This document shows, in pieces, positions 1 to 9,390 of a stretch of 64,000 bases of DNA. The stretch is from a virus. The position numbers and the translations under genes are program-made. The DNA lies in IMG/VR virus record IMGVR_UViG_3300023084_000003. One strand, written 5' to 3'. The notes beneath the pieces are model-generated. The model was not told the origin of the DNA and searched no databases. It saw only the letters and a list, made by a program, of their open reading frames with translations. How positions within the stretch are numbered: position 1 is the stretch's first letter; each line of letters begins with the position of its first letter.

Positions 1-117
1 AACCATTCCCTAGCTTCTTTTTCAGTTTCGCATATGACAGCACAGCACTCAGGCAATTCACTCTCGACTGCTTGGCACATAGTGCTAAATTGTGTTGTTA
101 CTGTCCAAGTCATAATA

Positions 118-423
118 TTACTCCACGGTTACGTGTACATCATGACGGCTATGGCCATCAACGACAAATCCTGGAGAACAAGGGCAAGAGCAGCCTGCAT
201 ATTGGCTCCAACGAACCTTGGTATCAGCAGGTAAACCCATTGCTTCCAAGACGCCAGGAATAACTTCTTTTTTGTAAACAGTATGTTCACGTTGCTTACG
301 GTTCATCAAGTTTTCCATGATGGTCTCACCCTGTGGCCAAACATAGATGCGAGTTTGCTTAGAGTACTCTCTCCAAGATACCATTGGACCACGTTCACGG
401 ATATCGATATCAGTCGTTTTCAT
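118..423 (-). CDS. hypothetical early protein
   Basis: 101-aa ORF; its start overlaps the stop of 423..752, downstream of the early promoter at 782-810. Confidence 0.7.
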   Translation of the reverse strand: MKTTDIDIRERGPMVSWREYSKQTRIYVWPQGETIMENLMNRKQREHTVYKKEVIPGVLEAMGLPADTKVRWSQYAGCSCPCSPGFVVDGHSRHDVHVTVE

Positions 424-752
424 TACACCGCTTCCTTTTCAATAAAGCCAAAACCTAAAACTTCATATTCAACACCGTCAACTTCCATACGATCAAACAT
501 TGAAGTTGAACGAAGACCGTAACCACCCTCATGAAGAGGAGCTAGACGAGTAACGTTTGGATTGTAGTCACCGTTATCTTCGATGTCTGTACGGCTCCAA
601 GAACCCATTACGTTGTTAGTCCAACGGTAAGCATACTCAAGAGCATCCATTACATTGTCGAAACCTTCAGCAAGAACTTCTGCTACTGGAGTGAAACCTT
701 CAACGTCACCAGAGATTTCGTTGCGGTCCATGTGCTTAACGATGATTTTCAT
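423..752 (-). CDS. hypothetical early protein
   Basis: 109-aa ORF with an AAGGA RBS, first gene after the early promoter. Confidence 0.75.
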   Translation of the reverse strand: MKIIVKHMDRNEISGDVEGFTPVAEVLAEGFDNVMDALEYAYRWTNNVMGSWSRTDIEDNGDYNPNVTRLAPLHEGGYGLRSTSMFDRMEVDGVEYEVLGFGFIEKEAV

Positions 753-781
753 GTTGTTTCCTTTTCATTCCTTATAATAGT

Positions 782-810
782 AATATAGTACTTTGGAAGG
801 TAAATGTCAA
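782..810 (-). promoter_or_regulatory. sigma70-type early promoter
   Basis: Minus strand TTGACA-17nt-TATATT with AAAGTAC just before the -10; the same layout recurs at 17823-17851, 30866-30893 and 45874-45902. Confidence 0.8.
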
Positions 811-857
811 CCCTTTTTCGCACTTTTTTTCAAATAAAATGAAAAAAGATTTGCAAG

Positions 858-872
858 GAAATCAATGGCTTA
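858..872. repeat. 15-bp motif GAAATCAATGGCTTA, copy 1 of 3
   Basis: Exact copies at 858-872, 18352-18366 and (reverse complement) 45823-45837. Confidence 0.85.
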
Positions 873-910
873 TAAAATAAATAGTAAATAATTTGCAATA
901 GGGGTTAAAA

Positions 911-1405
911 TTGCGCAGTCCTTTGATACATTTAGACTATGAAATCGATAAAAAAAGATGGAGAGATATCTTTTATGATAACATACAAGAGTATGGTCAG
1001 TGGCACAGATCTGTTCCGAAAGCTCAAAACTTGTATTGGTATCAATTGTTCATATCAGATGACCATCCACTCAAGAAATTAACTATAGACGTGGAAAGAG
1101 ATCTAAACATCTATGGGATGAACAATTTTCCTAGGTTTTCTTATCAATTCAAATATTCAAAATTAGAACACCACCAAGACGAAGACAAGATGGTGTCTAT
1201 AAACATCAATCTGTTTGACACACAACCAGTCATACACATAGAACATAAGCCTTATCCTTATGAATGTGCATTTGTGGATGTCGGCCATGTTATGCATGGT
1301 GTTGAGCCAGACCCAAACGATAGACTTATATTAAAGTTTGCTCTGCGACATCCTTGGGATGAAGTTTATGAAAGACTTGATAAATTTGGTTTACTCAATG
1401 AATAA
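911..1405 (+). CDS. putative 2OG-Fe(II) oxygenase-fold protein
   Basis: HxD (EHHQD), distal His (MHGV) and Arg (DRLILKF); paralogous to the next two ORFs. Confidence 0.6.
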   Translation: MRSPLIHLDYEIDKKRWRDIFYDNIQEYGQWHRSVPKAQNLYWYQLFISDDHPLKKLTIDVERDLNIYGMNNFPRFSYQFKYSKLEHHQDEDKMVSININLFDTQPVIHIEHKPYPYECAFVDVGHVMHGVEPDPNDRLILKFALRHPWDEVYERLDKFGLLNE

Positions 1406-1853
1406 CACTATTTTAAAGTTTAAATCTCCTTGGGATACATCAATTCTTCTATCAGAATGGAATAGAGATACTGCCAATACGTTTAGTAAGTTAAACGAAA
1501 AGTGGGAAAAAACGTGGTCTATAGGTAGTTACGGCAAATCTATAGCGGATCAATTTAAAGGTGAAATAAAGATTGGTTATTATTTCCAACCAAAAGGCAC
1601 AGATATAAAGCCGCATAGAGATACTGGATGCAAAACCAGAATAAATGTAGTGCTATTAGGCGGCGAACAAACACTATACATTAACAATCAAGAACACGTA
1701 TATGATTGTGCATTAATTAATGTTAATAAGTATGAGCATTACTTGAAAGAAGCCGAAGAAGATAGATTGTTATTTTCTATTATATTTTTAGATAGTTCTT
1801 TTGAAACTGTTTACGACATCATTAAAAGTAATATCGAATATAGAAAACTTTAG
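1398..1853 (+). CDS. putative 2OG-Fe(II) oxygenase-fold protein
   Basis: KPHRD...YEH...DRLLFSI; start placed at ATG 1398, overlapping the upstream stop (track ORF starts at 1338). Confidence 0.6.
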   Translation: MNNTILKFKSPWDTSILLSEWNRDTANTFSKLNEKWEKTWSIGSYGKSIADQFKGEIKIGYYFQPKGTDIKPHRDTGCKTRINVVLLGGEQTLYINNQEHVYDCALINVNKYEHYLKEAEEDRLLFSIIFLDSSFETVYDIIKSNIEYRKL

Positions 1854-2288
1854 TAGCAATCTTTCTTCATCGTATGGCGGTACCCAATGTTCTTTAGAAG
1901 TGTCTAGAACAGCGCACTTATAAAAAGCTGGTTCTTGCCCTGTAAATTGAATAGGACCGTAATTATCAGAAAGAACTATATTAATAGAACACTTTGTGTT
2001 ATGATCTATGTGTGGTGGTACCTCAGTATTTTCTTGTTGTTTGTAAAATCTTGGCCTTACATCTTTGGAAGAAGTTACTTCCTGTATTAAGTCAGTAAGT
2101 CTTTTTACTTCCTTAAACATAAAGTTTGATAGATCCGTGACTTTTGCTTGTTCCCACGTTGGAGCATAATCAAACCAACTGCCTTTATTCCCTCCCGTTG
2201 AGAAAGGGTTGTAGTCTAAAGATTCTGCTTCTAGTAATAAGAGATCTTCGTTGTATTGTAAATTTAAGTGATATAGCATTGTACTCAT
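1788..2288 (-). CDS. putative 2OG-Fe(II) oxygenase-fold protein
   Basis: PPHID...KEHWV...ERLLLKFSI; same motif spacing as 911..1405. Confidence 0.6.
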   Translation of the reverse strand: MSTMLYHLNLQYNEDLLLLEAESLDYNPFSTGGNKGSWFDYAPTWEQAKVTDLSNFMFKEVKRLTDLIQEVTSSKDVRPRFYKQQENTEVPPHIDHNTKCSINIVLSDNYGPIQFTGQEPAFYKCAVLDTSKEHWVPPYDEERLLLKFSIFDITFNDVVNSFKRTI

Positions 2289-2295
2289 ATAAATA
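2288..2295 (+). promoter_or_regulatory. T4-type late promoter TATAAATA
   Basis: Exact T4 gp55 consensus upstream of 2321..2641. Confidence 0.65.
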
Positions 2296-2320
2296 AATAG
2301 AAATAAAAAAGAGGCGGTCT

Positions 2321-2641
2321 ATGAAAAGAGTATATTATAAGGTTAGTTTTGTTTCAGCACTAGATAGTCCTGAAGCTGGAAGAACAATAATGAATGATGC
2401 AGTGTCAAATTCTGACGCGGCAATGTGGACTAGACTATCTAATTCAGGCCTCTACTCGCACCGTACTGCAGTTAGTTTTTTCGAAGGATCAGATAGCATC
2501 ATCGAAAATCAATATGACATAGAAGACTCAGTGTATGATAATCTAACAAATGGATTAGATGATGTAATCACTGATCTAAGAAATATTTTAGAAGCAAGCC
2601 CACAGATTTCTGCAGCAGAGATCACCATTACTAATCTTTAG
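2321..2641 (+). CDS. hypothetical late protein
   Basis: 106-aa ORF with a GAGG RBS after a late promoter. Confidence 0.65.
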   Translation: MKRVYYKVSFVSALDSPEAGRTIMNDAVSNSDAAMWTRLSNSGLYSHRTAVSFFEGSDSIIENQYDIEDSVYDNLTNGLDDVITDLRNILEASPQISAAEITITNL

Positions 2642-3264
2642 CGTATATACGCCCTTCTTAATATCCTATGGCCGTCAGCATTAAAGTATGGCTTACGTCT
2701 ATGGATAGTAGAATGGTTTGCATACACTGCCAACTTCTTAGGTTTCCAATATACTTCTTTTGGTTCTCGTGTTAAGAAGATCTGACTTAGTTCCTCATTA
2801 ATTTCTTCTGGCAAAATTGTAAAAGGGCACCACCTCGCATAATATCCTTTTTCATCTTTTTGAATAAGAGGAGTTTTTCCTCTATAAGCTTTCATTCTAT
2901 ATAAACGTTCTTGAGCCTTTGTTTCAAAAATAAAGAATTTGCCAGCGTTCATAGGTTTGGAAAAATCTAATCCAGTTTCGATGTCAATGTATTTTTTAGC
3001 AACATCTTCATCCAATCGAGTAGAAATATATTGTGTTGCAGGGCATGCCTCTTCAGCTTCCTCGCACCACAGAGCTGCATATTTTGGAAAATCAACTACG
3101 TGAGATCCGTCTTGATGCCACTCTTGATCTGGAACAGTAGCAGTCTCGTGAGATGTTACAGTTCCTAGATTGAGATCCGTTTGAACATTTCCAAATTGCT
3201 TGCAAATTTCTATAGCTTCGTCAAACGAGTTTACGTTTTCGTATTCATATAATTCAATTGTCAT
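2638..3264 (-). CDS. TauD/TfdA-family 2OG-dependent dioxygenase
   Basis: WHQD; W-x6-YANHSTIHRR; RILRR C-terminal motif. Confidence 0.8.
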   Translation of the reverse strand: MTIELYEYENVNSFDEAIEICKQFGNVQTDLNLGTVTSHETATVPDQEWHQDGSHVVDFPKYAALWCEEAEEACPATQYISTRLDEDVAKKYIDIETGLDFSKPMNAGKFFIFETKAQERLYRMKAYRGKTPLIQKDEKGYYARWCPFTILPEEINEELSQIFLTREPKEVYWKPKKLAVYANHSTIHRRKPYFNADGHRILRRAYIR

Positions 3265-4078
3265 AGTAAAACGCCGTCCTATATAGTTCTCTTTCTTCGG
3301 GTCCTAAAAGCGCATTTTCTCTTTTATGGATAGTCGTAATTTGATCCATAAACATGATATCGCCTTCTTCCCATTCATGACGATAGATATACTTTGGTTG
3401 CATTAATCTATCGATCAATTCTTGTTTATGTTTAAAATCATCCATCAACGGATATGGAAAGTACAAAACTTTTTGTTTAGTGATGGGATGAATTTGTACA
3501 ATTTTCTTTTTAACACTAATTAGCCATCTGCCGTTCTTTAATTGTTTAGCTCTCATTTTAGGATGTTTTTGCATTGTCATAAGACCATCACGAGATCTAA
3601 AGTTGTATTCATCTAATCTTCTATGATCTTCTACATCGTGACCATCTTTACCCGTATAGATGCCACCATTACCAGAAACATTCTTGTAGTTTGTAATAGT
3701 AACTTCTACGTCGTCCAATTCATCTTTTAAAGTCTGCGGTAAATCGTTATACATTTTTGTAGAATACGCTACGATTGTAGGAGCATCTTTAATAACCTTT
3801 TTACCATAAAGAGCAACGACCTCTTCTGGATCTAGGCAGCAAGCGCTATTACAGTGCCACTCTAGTTCTCCTTGGCTAAACAATCCTCTCTTACCATTTT
3901 CTAATGTTTTATTTGTAATTCTAAACAACGCTGGAAATTTTGGATGACGTACAAACCAGTTGTCGGTTAGATGTTTTCCTAGACCAAGAACATAATCGTT
4001 GAATTCTTGATCTGACATAGTCTGATTTTTAAGTACTGCAGTACCATTTTCAGCTAATTCTTTTATTACGTCATGCAT
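3254..4078 (-). CDS. TauD/TfdA-family dioxygenase with an atypical HxN ligand set
   Basis: LEWHCNS; HPITKQKVLY; HEWEEGDIMFMDQITTIHKR; RELYRT. Confidence 0.8.
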   Translation of the reverse strand: MHDVIKELAENGTAVLKNQTMSDQEFNDYVLGLGKHLTDNWFVRHPKFPALFRITNKTLENGKRGLFSQGELEWHCNSACCLDPEEVVALYGKKVIKDAPTIVAYSTKMYNDLPQTLKDELDDVEVTITNYKNVSGNGGIYTGKDGHDVEDHRRLDEYNFRSRDGLMTMQKHPKMRAKQLKNGRWLISVKKKIVQIHPITKQKVLYFPYPLMDDFKHKQELIDRLMQPKYIYRHEWEEGDIMFMDQITTIHKRENALLGPEERELYRTAFYYDN

Positions 4079-4889
4079 TTACAATCTCCTCAATTGCCGG
4101 TATATAAAGCCTCTTAGCAACTATTTCATGAGCTTCTTCTGTAAAGTGTGCCCATTCATCTTCGAACATTGTGCTGTAGTCTTCAAAGTTATTCAAGACC
4201 CAGTGAAACGGGTTTTCTGTTAAAAAATTATCTTCATTCACATAAAAAGGAAAAGGTCCTATAGTATGAATATACTTATACGGACACTTTACCGCTGATT
4301 CGAACAGTAATAAATCTTTAGCAGCTTTCTTTCTATAATAACTAGACAATCTGACATCATTAGAAAAATTTACAACAGTATCAAAATCTTTTCTATTTTC
4401 AGCTCTTCTCTTGAAGGCATCGTATAAGGTAAGATTTGAATTTGGTATTTGCTGAGCCTGCAACCATTTAGCATAATCTATTTTTTGTTTCTTATCTATC
4501 AACATTACAGCTTCTGCTGGCATGGTAGACGGCAATTCGAAAATTTCAGGAGGAATATAGCCTCCGATTGGAACAACACCCTTGAAAGATTTATAAATCA
4601 CTTCTGAGTAATTATCTCGCTCTATGATAGAATCAATTTCTATCTCTCGCGTCTCTGTAGCCACTGGTATAGAAAATCTATACCAAGGAGGCAGGTCTGC
4701 TATAACAAGGTCCGGATTCCAATCTTCATTGACTTTGTATTCGTCATAGATATGATCGGGCGTAATTCCTCTTAGCGCAGCATTTCTTACTTGAATGTTT
4801 GGAAAATGTTCTGCAACCCACTCTGGCCAGCATTTTAGTGGGGGTCTACAGCTATTGGACGTACCCAATATCAGTATTTTCTTCATCAT
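4071..4889 (-). CDS. SGNH/GDSL hydrolase-like protein
   Basis: ILILGTSNS (block I), RNAALRG (block II), DEWAHFTEEAH (block V-like). Confidence 0.6.
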   Translation of the reverse strand: MMKKILILGTSNSCRPPLKCWPEWVAEHFPNIQVRNAALRGITPDHIYDEYKVNEDWNPDLVIADLPPWYRFSIPVATETREIEIDSIIERDNYSEVIYKSFKGVVPIGGYIPPEIFELPSTMPAEAVMLIDKKQKIDYAKWLQAQQIPNSNLTLYDAFKRRAENRKDFDTVVNFSNDVRLSSYYRKKAAKDLLLFESAVKCPYKYIHTIGPFPFYVNEDNFLTENPFHWVLNNFEDYSTMFEDEWAHFTEEAHEIVAKRLYIPAIEEIVNA

Positions 4890-5898
4890 TTAAAACTCCA
4901 TAAGGTATCAATACATCAAATGTAGTACCCTCTACACTATGAGTATATCGTTCATTGTCAAACTGCATAATGTTATATTTATTATTGCAGCTCGTGGTAG
5001 TAGAAAAAACGTTTTCTTTTATCTTAAATCCAGACCAATCGCCTTTTAACTTTATTTTCATATGTACTGGAAAGGCCTTTGCTTCTACACTTGCATCCCG
5101 ATGCTCAGGAACATCGGCATAGACTCTAGCAAGCATCACCTTGTACAATTTTTTATAATACTTTCTTTCTATATATTTGATAACCGTGTGGTCAGGTATC
5201 ATCTCAGTTAAATTTATAACGTTAATGATGGACTCATCTGACAACCACGTGTGATCGTTGACATCTAATCCCTTATTATCTAGCAACTTAGACAAACCGA
5301 GTTCATACTTTTTAAACTCTGGATCATAACCTTGCTTAATCATTGGAGGCAGATTCAACGCGTAATCACTTTTCTCATTTAGTATCACTTGACAAACTCT
5401 TTGCTTAGTGTCATTGATGTTGTAATATCCATCCAAAGTTTTACTAGAACAGTTGTGTGGTTTTAGATATGGTAAGGAATATTCCGAAATCTGCTGAAAG
5501 AATATATCGCGTGATATATTCTCCATAGACCAGAACAAACCAGACAATCCGTGTTCCCTTGCTACTCTAATTTGATTTGGTATCAAATAATCCCAGTTCG
5601 GTCTAAATCTTTTTTTCCTATGCCATCTGTCTGAATACTTAGGTGGAACATAATATCTAGAGCTTACTCGTCCAATGTCGTCTGTTATACGTTGAAGTCC
5701 AGACATACATACAATCTCTAGATTTTCCATGTTTATTAAGACATCGTATGTTAACATTTGATCCAGTCTTAATCTTTCCATAGTATAATTATATTTCAAC
5801 GCCATTTTAGATTTAGCTATGGCTTCTAGCTCTTCTTCTAGAATATCCCAAACAAAACTAGGGCAGCTGTCTTTTAAATCGTATAGTTTAAACTCCAT
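4852..5898 (-). CDS. two-domain protein: possible GNAT-like N-terminus plus 2OG-Fe(II) oxygenase-like C-terminus
   Basis: C-terminal PEHRD...YTHSV; N-terminal MSGLQR...GRVSSRYY segment only weakly suggests GNAT; start placed at ATG 5898 (track ORF starts at 5931). Confidence 0.45.
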   Translation of the reverse strand: MEFKLYDLKDSCPSFVWDILEEELEAIAKSKMALKYNYTMERLRLDQMLTYDVLINMENLEIVCMSGLQRITDDIGRVSSRYYVPPKYSDRWHRKKRFRPNWDYLIPNQIRVAREHGLSGLFWSMENISRDIFFQQISEYSLPYLKPHNCSSKTLDGYYNINDTKQRVCQVILNEKSDYALNLPPMIKQGYDPEFKKYELGLSKLLDNKGLDVNDHTWLSDESIINVINLTEMIPDHTVIKYIERKYYKKLYKVMLARVYADVPEHRDASVEAKAFPVHMKIKLKGDWSGFKIKENVFSTTTSCNNKYNIMQFDNERYTHSVEGTTFDVLIPYGVLNDEENTDIGYVQ

Positions 5899-6403
5899 GA
5901 TGATCTGCGTGCGCTCCTTCAAACGGTGCAAATAAATTAATCCACCATCTGTTTACGGCAGATCCATCACTATGACCGAAGTAATTTAAAACACCCATTC
6001 CAATATAGCCCATAATCACAGTAGGCAAAGATATGATTACTATAGGAACAAACATGTAAATTCCATATTTTTGAAAAAACATTATACGCGGATTTTTTAA
6101 AAGATCTTTTACTATTCTTGGAGGAATCTTGGTATCAGACCAATCAGAGATCAAGACCTTATATCCTTTGTGCTTAGGAGAATGCGGGTCTTTTTCTGTG
6201 TCATGATACTTATGATGCAACCTATGAATACCTATCCATCCCAATGGTTTATATACACCAATGAAAAGAGCGCAGGTGAGACTTAGCCATTCCCACCAGA
6301 CTCTTCTTTTCCCTCTTCTATGAGCCCAGTATTCATGTAATCCAAACGAAGCGCCTATAGAAGCAACAACAATGTAAAACGCATACCAATATAATAGTAT
6401 CAT
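5888..6403 (-). CDS. membrane fatty-acid desaturase, delta-9/DesC-like, unusually short
   Basis: Three His boxes HEYWAH, HRLHH (followed by DTEKDPHSP) and EGAHADHH, with hydrophobic segments. Confidence 0.85.
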   Translation of the reverse strand: MILLYWYAFYIVVASIGASFGLHEYWAHRRGKRRVWWEWLSLTCALFIGVYKPLGWIGIHRLHHKYHDTEKDPHSPKHKGYKVLISDWSDTKIPPRIVKDLLKNPRIMFFQKYGIYMFVPIVIISLPTVIMGYIGMGVLNYFGHSDGSAVNRWWINLFAPFEGAHADHHGV

Positions 6404-6429
6404 TTCTGTTTCCTCGCTTATGTCAATTA

Positions 6430-8139
6430 TTATTTATCAAAGACTAACCCAAAATTCTTACTGATAAAATGAGTCATTACTGTGTTTTCTCTTTTCACGA
6501 TGTCCCACAGTCTTGTACTAGAAACGTCCCATTGTGCGGTACCCTTCTTAAACGATCTAGGATCATTGACATCATGCTTGTTATGCCACATCTCGCATAG
6601 ACTTTCAACAGGCACCTGATTCTTTTCTACCTTATAGGACATAATTGTTTCATTATCATATCCAAATGCAGCTTGAATCTGCGGTGGATAGATTGAAAAC
6701 TCTTTAAGCTCTTTCATCTTTGCAATCACTTCTTCTATATCACTAAAATAATCAAGCTGCGCCATGATAGGCCTAGAAGCCATCATAATTCCCGTATTAA
6801 AAATATCGTTACCTGGTTCTAGATCTTCATCTTGTAATAAAGCGTGCGCATTCCAATATTTGCTTTGAGGGGATCTAAAATCATAGTGGTAATTTTTAAA
6901 ATAGTTTGGTTTGTTTGGAAATACTTCAGCCTCTTCTTTTGTTGTTTTGTTACAACAAAGAGCCACCTCTGCTTTCAAATAATTAAACGCGTCTACATGA
7001 CTATGGAAGTATACGTCGTAATCAATATATAGAACTAGATCGTAATCGTGTGTAAGCTTGTCAAGCAACCAAACTTTGTATAGATTAATTATATCATATA
7101 CTGAAAGATCTGTAAACCTTTTTGCGAACTCAATATACTGATCATCATGCCCAAACTCGATGTAATCCGCGCCAATGGCCTTTGCATACTCTGCGTGATT
7201 TTGATGCAACTGTTCTTTGTATTGGGCTAAACGCTCTTTTGTTCTTTTACTTTTATTTACAGGATCATCTTCATGTCCTCTTGGATTATCAAGCTTGTCG
7301 TCTGGTATTTCAATATAGATTGAATACACGCATTTTGTTTTATCGTTAAAATAAGCATTAAACTTTTTGTTTACAAAATGAGCTATCTTGATCTTATTCC
7401 AATCTGGTATGACAGGATCTCGGCTTAAAATCCAATTCCATTCTTTATCCATTATAACATAAGGTACCTTATATTTTTCCATAATATAAGAAAAGATGCT
7501 CTCATTGTTTGGATAATAGTAAGCTCTTAGAAAATGAGCGTCGTCTCTATATACGTTGCCATCCTTAATATTTTTAATAAGCTCTGCGGCTTCAATCATA
7601 CGCTCTGAATATTTTATTTCTTTAATATGCTCTGATTTAGCAATCATGATTCCAGTATTCATCACGTGATTATCTTGACCATCTAACATGTCTTTTGTAA
7701 TATGGTACTTAATCGTAGGACTGCGTTGACCAACCATCTCAAATAAAATACTCTCGAGCTCTTTATTCTTAATATCCTCATCTTGATCTATTATATGAAT
7801 GCCTTTGCTTAGATCTAATTCTTCAAACACATTTTCATTCGTATTGAAGATTACATCCATATCTACATACATCACCTCGTCATATTTTTCTGCAAGCTGA
7901 GCAAACAATACATGCTTATATAGATTCGCCTTCGTGAATTCATTATCGCCGATATCCATATCATCCATCTGATTGTGATAGAATATCCAATCCACTCCAA
8001 TCTTTTCGGCATAATCCTTTTTATTTTGGATCAACCTGTCAAAGTATTCAGAAATCATATGCTGAGCATGATCCGCCACTTGCCATCTATCTTTTGGTAT
8101 GTCAATATTGTCGTATGTTGTAAAGATTACTCTCTTCAT
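6430..8139 (-). CDS. tandem two-domain GT-A glycosyltransferase
   Basis: Two DxD motifs (YVDMDV, YIDYDV), each followed by NTGIM and N-E-x-I; internal duplication. Confidence 0.75.
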   Translation of the reverse strand: MKRVIFTTYDNIDIPKDRWQVADHAQHMISEYFDRLIQNKKDYAEKIGVDWIFYHNQMDDMDIGDNEFTKANLYKHVLFAQLAEKYDEVMYVDMDVIFNTNENVFEELDLSKGIHIIDQDEDIKNKELESILFEMVGQRSPTIKYHITKDMLDGQDNHVMNTGIMIAKSEHIKEIKYSERMIEAAELIKNIKDGNVYRDDAHFLRAYYYPNNESIFSYIMEKYKVPYVIMDKEWNWILSRDPVIPDWNKIKIAHFVNKKFNAYFNDKTKCVYSIYIEIPDDKLDNPRGHEDDPVNKSKRTKERLAQYKEQLHQNHAEYAKAIGADYIEFGHDDQYIEFAKRFTDLSVYDIINLYKVWLLDKLTHDYDLVLYIDYDVYFHSHVDAFNYLKAEVALCCNKTTKEEAEVFPNKPNYFKNYHYDFRSPQSKYWNAHALLQDEDLEPGNDIFNTGIMMASRPIMAQLDYFSDIEEVIAKMKELKEFSIYPPQIQAAFGYDNETIMSYKVEKNQVPVESLCEMWHNKHDVNDPRSFKKGTAQWDVSSTRLWDIVKRENTVMTHFISKNFGLVFDK

Positions 8140-8801
8140 ATTCCAATCACCATATATCTTGTATATTCTTCGGAGGGGCTCATTTCACCCTTATAAAATA
8201 CTCTTACTAAATCTAAAGACTCTACAAAAGAATCTAGACTATCGTGAGTATTAATGTGTTCTGGTTCTGCGTGATAGTTGTTTGATTGAAAGCAAACCAT
8301 CGTATTATGATCTTTAGAATTTGTGATGAGCTTAATATCGTCGGGCTCCATGTGTTCACAGCTTGTATTAATAATCAGCTGAAAAGCATCTTTTCTTTCT
8401 AAGAAATAATTAATAGCATCATCAGTTATGCCAAGATTGTTTCTACACTCGGGAATATTTTGTTTTAATTCCCAGTGAATGCGTTCACACATAGGATCTG
8501 AATCAACATTCCAGATCTTTACTTCTTCATTAATGTGTTCTCTTAGTAAAATTCCAGTAAGACCGTACCAACTTCCCATTACCAGAATATCTTTCAAAGG
8601 TGCATATGGATAATAGTCATCAGTAAGATATTTTGAGAGCTCAGATACTAGCCATTCTTTACTGGCCATTTGTGCATCGTTAATGCTGTTTATAATATCG
8701 AACGATCTATATAAATCTTCGTCTTGGTTATATTGTGAATCTTTATAAATTCTTTCGATTTCTTGAATAGCATTCTTATAGATCAGTTCTTTGTAGTTCA
8801 T
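8136..8801 (-). CDS. class I SAM-dependent methyltransferase
   Basis: ILVMGSWYG motif I, acidic VDSD motif II, INTSCEH. Confidence 0.8.
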   Translation of the reverse strand: MNYKELIYKNAIQEIERIYKDSQYNQDEDLYRSFDIINSINDAQMASKEWLVSELSKYLTDDYYPYAPLKDILVMGSWYGLTGILLREHINEEVKIWNVDSDPMCERIHWELKQNIPECRNNLGITDDAINYFLERKDAFQLIINTSCEHMEPDDIKLITNSKDHNTMVCFQSNNYHAEPEHINTHDSLDSFVESLDLVRVFYKGEMSPSEEYTRYMVIGI

Positions 8802-9390
8802 ATTTTAATCCATTATACATATCAATTGGCGCATCCCATTCAGCAGGGTTTGCTATACTGTTTACTATTCCATTTTTAAATGTGTTGTGTGGAATCTTTT
8901 CGTGTACAAGAAACCTATCAATGCCTGGATACTTTCTCATGAAGTAATCCTTATTAGATAGAAAGTGTTCCCATACATCATGTTGCTGTCCTGCCGTCCA
9001 TGTAATTACAGAACTATTTATGTGCACGTCATAGGCATGCGGAGCCATGTACAGATCATCTTTCCAATAATCTTTAAGTATTGTTAGACCATCCCATGTA
9101 ATAAACTCAGACGGATCTCTTTTAATATCCATATCTAAATCAAAGTAAAGACACTTACCTTCTACAGGAAAGTCTTTACTGAACATAGCAAGCTTATTCC
9201 ACCAGTATTTTAGTTTTGGTTTTTCAAATACTGGAATACATGGAATAGCTACACCGTAAGTATCGTCTGTATAACAATAGAATTTTGCTAATGGAAAATA
9301 CTTTACTAATTGTTCTGTTAATCTGTTTACGTGTTCATAGTTATACTTATCACCGTGTTTTACGAATATAATGTTTAACAATCCTGCCAT
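8776..9390 (-). CDS. GT-A glycosyltransferase
   Basis: KHGDKY...WWNKLAMF...LYFDLDMDI...INSSVI. Confidence 0.75.
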   Translation of the reverse strand: MAGLLNIIFVKHGDKYNYEHVNRLTEQLVKYFPLAKFYCYTDDTYGVAIPCIPVFEKPKLKYWWNKLAMFSKDFPVEGKCLYFDLDMDIKRDPSEFITWDGLTILKDYWKDDLYMAPHAYDVHINSSVITWTAGQQHDVWEHFLSNKDYFMRKYPGIDRFLVHEKIPHNTFKNGIVNSIANPAEWDAPIDMYNGLKYELQRTDL

